A stretch of 64,000 nt of DNA from a virus (Duplodnaviria; Caudoviricetes), in the IMG/VR virus record IMGVR_UViG_3300002307_000042, positions 15,431 to 79,430 of that record, one strand, 5' to 3'. Below the pieces are notes generated by a model, which searched no databases, had not been told where the DNA came from, and saw only the letters and a program-made list of their open reading frames with translations. This document shows positions 33,401-38,309 of the stretch, piece after piece. Each line of letters starts with the position of its first letter. Positions within the stretch are counted from its first letter, which is position 1. The position numbers were made by a program, and so were the translations under genes.

Positions 33401-34408
33401 ATTGGTGTCACAGCTACTCAGTATGATTGTTAAGTTTGGTACTTCTATACTAAACGCAGGGTCATTCGTGTCATATTGAACTTCTCCGTACCCGCTGTTT
33501 ATATAACCCTGCTCATCTACTATACCTGTATCGTAGAAAACAACTCTGAGACCTTCTAGCCCAGTAACACCGTCAATGTCTCCTACAGTGCTTAATAATT
33601 GTCCATTTATTTGACTAAAAGGAACAGTTGCAACAACGTCTACACTATTATTAACAGCAAAATCATATTCACCCTGGGCGTTGCTCGCAGGGACATTAAA
33701 TGTTACGACACCGTTACTAGCACCATTGTTGTCAACTCCATACACGTTCCGAACAGGAAGATTTGTCTGTGTGCTGCTGTAACCAGTTACGCCGGGCTCG
33801 CCCTGAATCCAAAACTGGGTATCTTGATTGACATAGAAGTTGTAAGTTCCTCCTCGCAATAATGTGATAGTAGGATTGGTTGATCCTTGACTAGATTCTT
33901 GCGCGCGGATGCTGTAGCCATTTGGAAATGCAGTTACTACATAGTCTGTGCTATAATAAACATATGCTGAGTTGATGTTTACTACCGGAGGGCCTTCTGG
34001 AAGCCAGTAATACTGATTATAATTGACTAGCTTATCAAAATCACAGAAACTATCCCATGAATAAAACTGACCGTTGAACAGTCTGTTATCGTCATCTGTT
34101 ATACCATGCTGAATACTAATCGCATCCAAAATACCCGGATAGCTTATAAAGTCTTTAGCAGTTGACTCGCCGGCTTTTTGGAAAACTACGCCTGGTTCTA
34201 ATTGATAATCGGTCCTAGTTTTAGTAGGTTCAGGTACATAGTAATCTTTAGCATTGATGCCATATCCCAGCTTACTACCAATATACCCTTGAATTTTTGT
34301 TGTACTGGGCGGATTAACTACTTGATCTAGTGTAGCCGCTAAAAATTCTTTGTTGGTTGGTGTTTGAAAAATTTCCGGAAGAAAATCTATAGTTCTGATT
34401 CTAGCCAT
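15479..34408 (-). CDS. Giant baseplate wedge-like protein, 6309 aa
   Basis: Follows the gp6-like gene. Contains FG-GAP-like motifs (FGSSIA, FGTSVD), BNR-like xSxDGxxW repeats, and ~15 copies of a GG(I/L)..G..YYV..I....FTISxT..G module. Confidence 0.8.
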   Translation of the reverse strand: MARIRTIDFLPEIFQTPTNKEFLAATLDQVVNPPSTTKIQGYIGSKLGYGINAKDYYVPEPTKTRTDYQLEPGVVFQKAGESTAKDFISYPGILDAISIQHGITDDDNRLFNGQFYSWDSFCDFDKLVNYNQYYWLPEGPPVVNINSAYVYYSTDYVVTAFPNGYSIRAQESSQGSTNPTITLLRGGTYNFYVNQDTQFWIQGEPGVTGYSSTQTNLPVRNVYGVDNNGASNGVVTFNVPASNAQGEYDFAVNNSVDVVATVPFSQINGQLLSTVGDIDGVTGLEGLRVVFYDTGIVDEQGYINSGYGEVQYDTNDPAFSIEVPNLTIILSSCDTNSFTLASGNTDGLVVGQTISFNNPSFGGVVPGQVYFITSKTSNTIQISTTLGGTPLTLTTDSGSMIANVNQGLLEDGFYTSVNATYYRIQYLPTGNNDPVLRLVPDGTINELEKITPNFGTVYANRPLYRDSNGYINLIPYITAPLTTLYYQDGTYPDRVGIIKIIDSNLTNTLNVETDILGHKQFTSSNGVAFTNGLKVAFNGDVIPTSYLEGEYYVEGVGTAIELIPVGDLVCPEKFTQGIYNPYDTLPYDIGDFEINLYLPVLQDYITIARNSYSRNAWSRSNRWFHIDVINKSAEYNSNPSIANIANGDNKAKRPIIEFYPNLQLFDTGIVGKSPIDFFDTKNNSALSTVPDSLVYYPDIQVYSTQNANIMGVTNGTSTTVVVPINAVYGNIQDTRYISDALNILPNNTQITQLTNDGTNYTLTVAWVTPQTIPYTSNISIVASANPTENYSLFPGARVVFSNDNDVNVRNKIYVAEYSTVTNGGDQVITLTLAEDGVISTNTQVIVYRGYNNQGKSFYFDGNVWKESQQKTQVNQAPLFDIFDKNGISLSDNDIYVGTSFTGTKLFSYKVGTGTSDTVLGFPIAYSSVSSIGDISFDVNINEDTFNYVQNSNPITENINIGYVYNYNTPETYTRKLGWETAVASSVQYQVFYFDYDIANPVTYLQCDIAALPNLLVGEKGWPRVRVFYNNVYQSGGHSTDDTNNVDFTYSIGTDTTTIQLINKPTVSTPIQVLVLSDQVSNTAYYQVPVNLTNNPLNNDLTTVNLGDIRNHYEQIFGNAPNTVGPIFGNNNYRDCGDLLGYGTQIIQNSASLVLPGAFLRTPYHNLFDSLIYNSREYITYKQQIVSTVDSIGFDQTYTPSTILDTALAQIAASKSEINSFFWSDMLPNGSPYISNTYVFNNGLDRSIFPLSTVYNFSSANYQGVLVYLIRDGYEYQLLKGIDYTISTDSPSLTIETDLLDGDLIRINEFNQTYGSYVPYTPSKLGLYPLFEPSVVLETDYLIPTYFIKGHDGSYTKLYGEYDSVNNVLIDFRDQALLEFEQRIYNNIKLSTNVPIRDYEVLPGYFRQGTATYTYDEFIEMYTPNFLDWVGQNRLDYKTQYFSKNNEYTYNYRNSANKLDNSAIDQGYWRGVYSYFYDTFAPNLTPWQMLGFSEMPTWWTSRYGPAPYTSTNLILWNDIENGYIYNNGNPYIVPELARPGLSQIIPVDSAGNLLSPFDAIVGNYTATTFQSEWKVGDVGPVELSYRRSSTWPFDLIKIFALTRPAEFFNYAVDLDNYKYNSEFNQYLVNDRSHLVVSNIEIYGDGTPKTSFINWIVDYEKQQGINSTTNITTMLNNIDVRLVYRMAGYSSKELMNFYVEKSSANSNNSSLLIPQESYDILLYENQPYDRIVFSSVIVQQNKGYWTVYGNSQNFAYFEILDPLFDGKVSNLSVENAKVKVAVNYSDRKTLVPYGTKFYNTQDLSQFLMSYGANLSSKGVVFDTVVNGLSITWDQMVLEFLYWSQQGWENGSIITLNPSAQDLVIDTADTVVQPLTLQQSNFLLNQNLYPIKLKDICVNRDGTRFHAHTINVGDSISYAQFNMSNFEHGVVFNNLTLFNDVIYSPVTGLKQDRIFTRGLKTAQWNGTVNAWGFILSQDNIQEYSGSIKYTKNAIVMYKNDYYTSLTIIEPSNTFDETKWKKISYSDVQFGLLPNPSTRAYESVLYYDIYNANLQQESDLLSFSLIGFRPRDYLQSIDLTDSAQIQVYQNLIKNKGTLNAVSAFSGANLPQGGIQYETYENWAIQNSNYGGVLNQNFVEFRVNQANMTGDPAIISLTDGVGTQGAMQEVPIWQLYNYENSVTQANILQTTSTSTNGLLFPSAGYVNYSDVKMASYFYAQLPFAVNTYNNPVPIQNFYVGDYVWLANFKEKWNVFRWKIIGQVIQVRGNTNQTATVTFSTAHGLNKNDPMAIVNFSAGVDGYYLVTDVINLNEVIINLNLVTGNNNSIQGRGLGFAFESQRVSQPSDIANLNLIENEFIKNTVWVDTNTDGDWAVYQKSVNYTPFEQKTNNLYGTFGAAVAYTPLNEYWYSDTTNGIVYRSVLNDYTQTINTVQTINGSSSFGTSIAYNNNVVAVSQPTSGYTVKLYVVNDTVLTNQAQLIQTISSRDSSVNWGNKIAFSDDGNWLYISALDKGNVYVYQKQNIPVTAGYLVSGETYVITTLGTTDFTAVGAIENKVGITFVATGSGSGTGAATQITYSYVNTIAGTSGDLFGSSIATNIDGSVLVVGAPYYGSQNDGSAYAYARTVQNFLVPNSTLPSQNTSFSLAWTPNNLSSKTGSVVSSNFITLNNVTSLSVNMPIMLIGTNNTFNDFKNTGLMPYVVYYIHSIVGSTIKIKSSRNSSTAIVLTNATGLSFSVYPQNNPMFVSVNGNIVTDNNYAVVGNMFYYLGTVIVGDIINVSDNRFNLVQQFSSSFTSRIDAQFGTSVDITKLGADIVVGSPYEINDNNVEGAVYSYINGSAKYGYIIGTNPCNVTTNRTVLINGFAVNLTTGNATSVAQQINNNKLINIQAAATSDNKLMIQLINNELSPVEQKLIITAFSSNVLTELGLQVYTNTQIITSPHGTGPTQFGTTVKLNNNNGLLVSSPVGTRFEGTFFDFTDDANLDNDTLFDNNATGFVEQYPNAGAAYIFEYLSNNKESLNNPGKYVYAQDVIDTSLDYGYNPGYGLSLDFNNNVAIVGSPNYQPVTVGGKVVIYNNITGQNDWAVYRQSSPVVDIEKIQNTQLFSATTNQTLVNFDYPDPLQNKLLGVARENIDFISSADPAKYNVNYTNLPGMIWGAEQVGKIWFDTTNVRWMNYHQNDVVYNSRHWAMVFPGSDVAVYTWISSYILPVNYQGPGVPYDVNQYVIGSSINSSGLIVPVYYFWVRNTNIIFEQANKTLSDTVVASYIINPIGSGVSFMAPLLPNTFAMYNSGEYFNGNDTIFHIGYSTGTAVDVSHTEYSLIRENNEEDFLPGFPTHSNPEPHSLYAKMLDSLSGSDITGQVVPNPLLPKLVQQGILNVPRQSFFYDRTLALNNYISYANNILIQYPIVELRENLSFLFTSGDYYNTMDYWEYTNWWAIGYNNGTKTTIQVPYYADLSALTVPVNTLAKVEQNGAGKFEVYRYDGNSQWTRVGLENGTIQFKSNLWDYSAGKIGYSGNFFDTDSFDSYPSKETRNIVRALNEQIFVQELLIYRNKSLILLFEYIQAETLESQNYLTWLNKTSLVNVSHTIRELLPYEVYKTDDQAFLSSYINEVKPYHVVIKDFSFKYTKTDVYEGDITDFDLPSRYNSQYEQFISPQMVYTQYTDNEYQYNYENTIWNTTEYLQWYNNYGLSLGNPVYDDLGNITGYVGEPDYPITILSSYVTFSTKYLIVKNASGFPINGVIKIDDELIGYNNVDKATNVLSGLVRGVNNTPTQNHYPSTEIYIDLPAVILLSGGRGYANPPKVTAKIDTTIYPAPTVPAVLEAVMNLDSVLQIKVVNPGKGYAVLPDIEIEPGIVVTFDNTMVISKLHNIRVYAPNLRTGDLVQYKNNSGAGVGRLVDGEWYYINVLETTPDTIIGLYSTYSDAINDEHRIRITDIGTSTGMTLNVGAKAIAITQSSPVRENNIGLRFDRTSYQSKIIDWQSGSFYGAYYAGSYYNTDKLASTNITLESTSPNINDLLASAHGVVFEVEDVNIEETYIWSSFTRIIARTISTNNIIRLAPQDGNPSNLSELEPNASGSTIGLYKNMPIKFGGTTIGGIVSDQVYYVRDILNEIDFTISSTVDGPIVPISNATATSVMTCFTAQVSNLPILTVNYPGILNTVGTTTGINSINIPVSPIGTGGTIGFTPGTLLYFTATSPNEEIFGGLVENQVYYVNTVIDDQTFTVSRIDVNVATNIDDKPFTTAPETPVYSTSVSATSSTGNVITVGSSSDFALNDPVIFNQMIISGSPVNNFGNIVSGQLYYVSEVVSNTQIKITDIFNGATFALSNASGSMIVTNQKNVVQLATGTGLMTANVALPVSPGQVNGQKFGMYTTSQQYPNITAPNITIGTLLSATTYASIATVNRLAVNNTDWFYTGMPVQLQSTIGGLSASTTYYIKDYTGGAGLGPISVICDNTSSTGNLIHVTTDTSSLFVNMPITFTGVGLGNIVVDQQYYVKTIADSTHFTISETIGGATFVLQNDSGGMTGTGVPYITLSATPSGSTISLTAEVPVIPVTLNQIILSNPTFDISYILGGYRVVIQNGGSGFAITNTISISGSLVGGSSPANDLVLEVNTINGSGAITSAIISGTPNSLNRNYYFKIRGSNQFEVYLDSLMTIPANGDTFPYVGFTTTIATSVTASNDYITVTDTSMFNQYDPVVFTGTMFSSDIVLGQTYYIKSIVSSTQLTISATPNGTALNITSDNTGSMTIAKAGSFAFLSEPFYFNPSIIRFNNRLYNCLVSNNDLEFVIGKWQLIDSGNRRINALDRVVGYYQPTVNMPGKDLTQLFEGLTYPNSTYKGNAFEPALQFDLDTILQDQAFYPTNVDLTGIVYNNGYYASANLPDYSSVVYSPDGVNWINAELASSNINLTDIIYANGLYIITSQNTATPIYISTNGRIWSTSGTYTPWGSDAWDTNNYDSTSINVANISLQSATYFNGAWIAVGDNIVRSTDGYSWNEVLVFPFARNYQLYGVAAVQTAQFTGVVAVGKATDISLNPVSLICYSSDGINWNIADVTSSLPLYSVTSDGTTIIAAGQNGVLFDSLDAATWYGINQGYVTGFNIANNIISTTNVALQINQRVQFSNSFSSVVAGTNYYVNSIISPTLITISPVAGGLTLDLTAGSVPANTIMYSYDGNDINNIIYSNGTWVSVGENGNIKTSSDGFNYTVRTSNTNATLNNVSYVSDNASFVVVGDNNTILTSYDNGVTWTNTSIFGTVPAAHIVKGADFQYGYGPEELVAGVVRDNLALTVNTRPGGSWPSVTYANNGYAVISNEVTPINDQQKVYFFGGYTEYPAQVFVQKLSASTGLGTTLTQGTDYTVNWLNKTITLTTPLTLVPLQKLRIDVYEVGNGDQLVKSNTDVNPIRINDDTGFNEIYLDCNFTGEQYQGSGIVMPGTYEYSVNVSATQSITNRITVDSVTDLTLGAPITFSGTLFGGISSSTTYFIKYISYATNTITISLTFDPDTGVAGPEVILTSATGSMNLNLSAGSQVTWTSPIIYNNGTKLVQGYSSQITSTASGTNYITTDSTAGMVPGCKIIFSNSAFGGITPLTTYYVKQVVGTFTFTISATPLGSEVVLTTSDGGATYITYDYAFGIQPNGIAATLLLAGNTYTNQSNYIVYAMFGQTTPQLGYTVPETQSFVANGSTSTYNLTNNVDDVNAANAIVERNGLRLTSSQYSINASTDVLTITSTPSAGDVISITTFNDASEQYLNTQFNVSGTVTAITNVNNNIAPITTQTLATASIASTDGTRPNQIVCDSTTDFVVGQRVVFKGTSFGGISTSGTVYYVNSIVDSTHFTIRDYNGNIINLTTGSGSMVVRVGGQPSVIVTTSASTTFTTNTIVRIDGLVGSTQLNNGTYYVRVVTPTTFELYSKPYTSSSSGVNYPITDISSYVSGGYIWVQGQYRLIDATASRTYAVSPTYNSSTIVVADTGKLISGTPIYFSRSGYLNGASLTGGLVQGTVYYVKNIYSGTEFSISTTQFGSEMTLTDGVLSFNAKQWNQTNVDRLWVTVNGTRVPSSKLRLNDFNELSILTSISSGNTVIITSMTPSATPNQEIYINFVDDTGAPTVYRAPADSRTWLTENIYPLSTTISVDDLGSVVNKIVQTSITPALVNGVFTIGLTVDKRSLISVTVYNNDKQLFIPNEDISIMLSSIAPSIDITSGSYIDEGDSLTITSIEGNTIFVNGEQINFTGVDFDNSMLTGISRGVNGTGEQSLILKNTTVYSLMHQNKLSDVYYNQTWNSNVYNTEIGDPLQISTTVPALFLNVDNS

Positions 34409-34416
34409 AATATTAC

Positions 34417-37400
34417 TTATCTTACCTGTAATTCACTGGGTGTAAGGGCCGGTATTACTAACACATCATTAGCAGTAGCAGCATTGACGAAAATTTCATA
34501 AGGTAAACATTTTATTTCATATAGTGTTCCAAATGGTAATTCTGGGTTATTGGGTACTAATACAGCACTGCTGATTAAATCCCCACATTGCGCATGTAGA
34601 TATGCGCTTAATTCTGAGAAGTAGAAAGTATCCCCGAAGTCCCAATTGTTTACGTTAAAATAAGTGTTCATTGCGGTTAAAACTGCACTTCTAATTTCAC
34701 TATCACTCGCACTAGTTGTACTTGATTTAATCACTTTAATTGTTGCTCTTAATGCTTCATCTGCTTTAGGACCAAACAGGGGTTTGAAGACAACACTATT
34801 TAATACTACGCTATCACTCAACATTTTATAGTTATTGATATCACCATAATCTTGGCTAAGTTGGTTGATAGTAGGAACATTCGGCTTGGGCACAGTTCCA
34901 GTAGTATCTTGAATATAATTGGTATATGCAGTGTAATAACTCTGTGTTACCAAATATAAGTCAATGATGTTTGTAGTGACAGGATCAATACGAGTAGTGT
35001 TATCACTATTATGTCTATATTGGAATTTAATTCCTTGTCTGCCCGGCTTCATTGAATACTGAGGTTGTACAATCATTGAGTAAGATGGGGTTAGACTATT
35101 TGGATCTTGCACACTCTTATAGAAAATATTCTCATCAAACGCATAGTAAACTTGTTCAACCGGATAATCATATTTCACTTGCTCAATCTGCGGAAGAGTT
35201 GGGTAAGCATAAACAATAGTACTGCTAGGAACAATATAGTTTCTAGTTAAGTTGATCGGATCTTGTACGGTTTCAAAAAATGTGTAGATACCAATATTTG
35301 TAGCACCATTTACATATCCACTTACTTCATTGAAGTAGTCTGGATTTGTTATAATCTGTTGATTATTTTCGTCAGTAGCTGCCACTTGCACAGAAAACTC
35401 ATTAATATAACCATCTGGTAGGGTAGGTTGATCAATGATATTTACTTTATAGTCTTTTCCTAATGGATATACACTATTGGGTTGCGGATTAATACCCAAT
35501 ACATTTACATAATCTTGCACGATCTTTCCTGAGTATGGATCGTAAATTACTTGATTTGCGGGAGGAGCAAATCTAACATCAGCAACACTACCAAAGTAAT
35601 AAATCAATTTTCTATAAACAACAGAATATCTACCGTTACCAGCACTTGTAAACTTTACATAATAGTTACTGTCATCATATGTAGAGATGAACCATCTCTG
35701 CTGGTTGATCAACAATGAGTTATTGAATACCAATGTGAAATTCTGATTAAGCTCCATACGTATGATAGCTTCCTGTAACAGTGTCGTGGGAATAGCATTA
35801 TCAAATACAGGAATAACAGTGTCTAATATAGCGCCATCGGGAACATAACCATATACTTTTACAGGTCCTTGTCCATTCGCAAAGCTACCATTTCCATTAT
35901 TACTACCATCTCCTACTACATTTAATACTGTAGTCCAGATGTATGAGGTGTCGCCAGGACCCGGTATACCAGGCTGCAATCTATTTTGACTGTCAAAATA
36001 TTGTCCGGTTGGTGCAGCAAACTTAAGCATAGCACCATTTGTTATGTATTTGATGTTAGTTGTAGCAAAAGTACCAATACTAGTAGGAGACTTGACATTA
36101 CCGATAAGAGTATAAAAATACCCGGTCTCAGCACTAGTATCTACTGTGCTAGTTGCCCAATAATAAGAACCATCTGTAAATGGAGTAGGAGCTAGTGCCT
36201 GATATCTAGGATAGTATTGGGTATAATACTGATTGCTATTATTTTGCGCCAATGCGGCCGCTAATTCATTAGTGAAGAAGCTAATAATATCACTTGTTGT
36301 ATTTACAGATAATGTAAGGTTGCCTTGTGCATCATCCATATATATAGCGCCATCATTGGCATAACTATCGGTACTTGAATATTTTAGTGTAGGATCTAAC
36401 AAATCTAAGTTCTTAGATATACCTACGCTGCTACGATTAATAGCCTTACTTTTGATGATAGAGCTATAAAGAGAATAAGGGAAGTTACTATAATCTTCAC
36501 CGTTTACCATGCGATTCTGTGTGTAGTAACGAGTGGGGGCGCGCTGCTTAATGTCTGCTAGACTCTCGCGCGCCTGCGCGTTGTTCACGACAGCTTCTAA
36601 GCTGAGTCCAATAGTAAGTAATTGATTTTTTCCTGTTCTATCAATATAGCTTATTGAAACTGAAACTCCGCTTAAAGCAGTAGGGTCAATAGTGTATGTG
36701 AGAGCATTGCCTGATCTTACATATGCTCTAAAATTACCAACAGGAATTTTACTAAACACATTGTCACCGAACACATAACTTACAGAGTCGTTGAACCCGC
36801 TATTAACTGCAAAAATAGTTTTATTACTAGATGCATTTTGCAAATATGCGTCAGAATAAATGTTGTCTACTTGCTTCCATTGTGTTCTAGAACCGTCGCT
36901 ATTGAATTGGTACAACCAGGTGTCAGTATTGTTGATTCCTTGGATATTGCCAATTGGAATAACTTGATTACTAATTTGCTGCTGTAGCGTGAAGTCATAG
37001 TTTACTAGTGACCCTTGCTTGAAATAGAAGAAGAAGCCGGTGTTAGGACTACCAAATCCTAGTTTATCGTTACGATACAATACGTTTAACTTACCATTTG
37101 GGGCCGGGGGAACTTCATACACATAGCTCTTGTCAACCGAGGTGCCACTTACTAACTCAAAATTCATATTCACGCCATTAACTGTTGCGTTGAACGGTAC
37201 AACCGGCAATGCATTAGGAGCGATTTGAATACTATATTCGCTGGTAGTTACACCCAAAATATCTTGAGTGTTTCCTGGATTTCCTATTCTCTGAGCGTTA
37301 ATGAAACATGCATTCCAAATACTGTTCATCTGTTCTAACCAATTGGGATTGGCAGGATCGTTCCACAATATAGTTTGGTTGCCTAAGTTTGCGCCATTGA

Positions 37401-37794
37401 TGTCAGTAATATTTTGAGTAGTTGCAAGGCTGGTAACTTTTAGATAACCCTGTCCTGCAAGATTTCTTTTTGGAGTATAGCTAACAAGATTTGCAAGCTT
37501 GATAACACTGTCTCTACGTTCAGCCGTGTCAATAAAGTTCTCACGGGCGTTTAAGTCGTCACGAAATGCTAAACCCTGACCCATGAATGCGATAACGTCT
37601 AATAGTGCGATGAACTCGCTAGACTCAGTGTAGTCATTGAAGTTTTCCGGGTAATAGGTTTGTAGGTAGTCAATGAATGCTTTACGAAGTGTTTCGTAGT
37701 CATAGCTTTGGAAGTCAGCTTGGTTATAGGTTTGATAAAACCTCTTCCAGTCATTGATACCAAATAACGCCGATTGCCTAGAACTTTTTGCCAT
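34417..37794 (-). CDS. gp6: Baseplate wedge protein, T4 gp6-like
   Basis: DFQSYDYETLR..DFNDYTESSEFIALLD..ENFIDTAERRDSV; ESLADIKQRAP..TQNRMVNGEDY. Confidence 0.88.
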   Translation of the reverse strand: MAKSSRQSALFGINDWKRFYQTYNQADFQSYDYETLRKAFIDYLQTYYPENFNDYTESSEFIALLDVIAFMGQGLAFRDDLNARENFIDTAERRDSVIKLANLVSYTPKRNLAGQGYLKVTSLATTQNITDINGANLGNQTILWNDPANPNWLEQMNSIWNACFINAQRIGNPGNTQDILGVTTSEYSIQIAPNALPVVPFNATVNGVNMNFELVSGTSVDKSYVYEVPPAPNGKLNVLYRNDKLGFGSPNTGFFFYFKQGSLVNYDFTLQQQISNQVIPIGNIQGINNTDTWLYQFNSDGSRTQWKQVDNIYSDAYLQNASSNKTIFAVNSGFNDSVSYVFGDNVFSKIPVGNFRAYVRSGNALTYTIDPTALSGVSVSISYIDRTGKNQLLTIGLSLEAVVNNAQARESLADIKQRAPTRYYTQNRMVNGEDYSNFPYSLYSSIIKSKAINRSSVGISKNLDLLDPTLKYSSTDSYANDGAIYMDDAQGNLTLSVNTTSDIISFFTNELAAALAQNNSNQYYTQYYPRYQALAPTPFTDGSYYWATSTVDTSAETGYFYTLIGNVKSPTSIGTFATTNIKYITNGAMLKFAAPTGQYFDSQNRLQPGIPGPGDTSYIWTTVLNVVGDGSNNGNGSFANGQGPVKVYGYVPDGAILDTVIPVFDNAIPTTLLQEAIIRMELNQNFTLVFNNSLLINQQRWFISTYDDSNYYVKFTSAGNGRYSVVYRKLIYYFGSVADVRFAPPANQVIYDPYSGKIVQDYVNVLGINPQPNSVYPLGKDYKVNIIDQPTLPDGYINEFSVQVAATDENNQQIITNPDYFNEVSGYVNGATNIGIYTFFETVQDPINLTRNYIVPSSTIVYAYPTLPQIEQVKYDYPVEQVYYAFDENIFYKSVQDPNSLTPSYSMIVQPQYSMKPGRQGIKFQYRHNSDNTTRIDPVTTNIIDLYLVTQSYYTAYTNYIQDTTGTVPKPNVPTINQLSQDYGDINNYKMLSDSVVLNSVVFKPLFGPKADEALRATIKVIKSSTTSASDSEIRSAVLTAMNTYFNVNNWDFGDTFYFSELSAYLHAQCGDLISSAVLVPNNPELPFGTLYEIKCLPYEIFVNAATANDVLVIPALTPSELQVR

Positions 37795-37849
37795 ATTTTT
37801 ACTCTTTTGGTTATAATATATTTATCATAAGCAAAAAAGTGAGTTTTTG

Positions 37850-38308
37850 TTATACTGCGGCTGCTCTGTTAGTTTGTTGACTGAAATAGATAGCTTGGGT
37901 AGTAGGATTATTGAACGGAGCGATAGAAATTTCTACTTCTAGCAACACTCCGTTATTTTGCGGAAAAGCTTTAACAATTCCTAATTCTATTCTAGGATCT
38001 TGTGCTGCTACTCTTCTGATTTCTCGTTCTAATGCAGTTTGATTTTCAATAGTATTTGGTTCAAATATAAAAGTATAAAGTGTCGTACCATAACCAGGTT
38101 GCCCTACTTTTGAACCTAATGGAATACTTAATGCATTGATAAAATCCTGTAACACTAGCTTATAGTCAAACAATTTAAACTTGTTACCAAAGAATAATGA
38201 TGTAAAGCCAGTAGGAAGTCCATACGGATTAGTTAAATCGGAAATTTGATTATTAGTACTTAACGGACTACATGCGTTTTGTGTACTAAATCCACTGTAA
38301 GTAGGCAT
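37850..38308 (-). CDS. gp25: Baseplate protein, gp25-like
   Basis: LFDYKLVLQDFINALSIPLGSKVGQPGYGTTLYTFIFEP..IRRVAAQDPRI. Confidence 0.88.
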   Translation of the reverse strand: MPTYSGFSTQNACSPLSTNNQISDLTNPYGLPTGFTSLFFGNKFKLFDYKLVLQDFINALSIPLGSKVGQPGYGTTLYTFIFEPNTIENQTALEREIRRVAAQDPRIELGIVKAFPQNNGVLLEVEISIAPFNNPTTQAIYFSQQTNRAAAV

Positions 38309-38309
38309 A

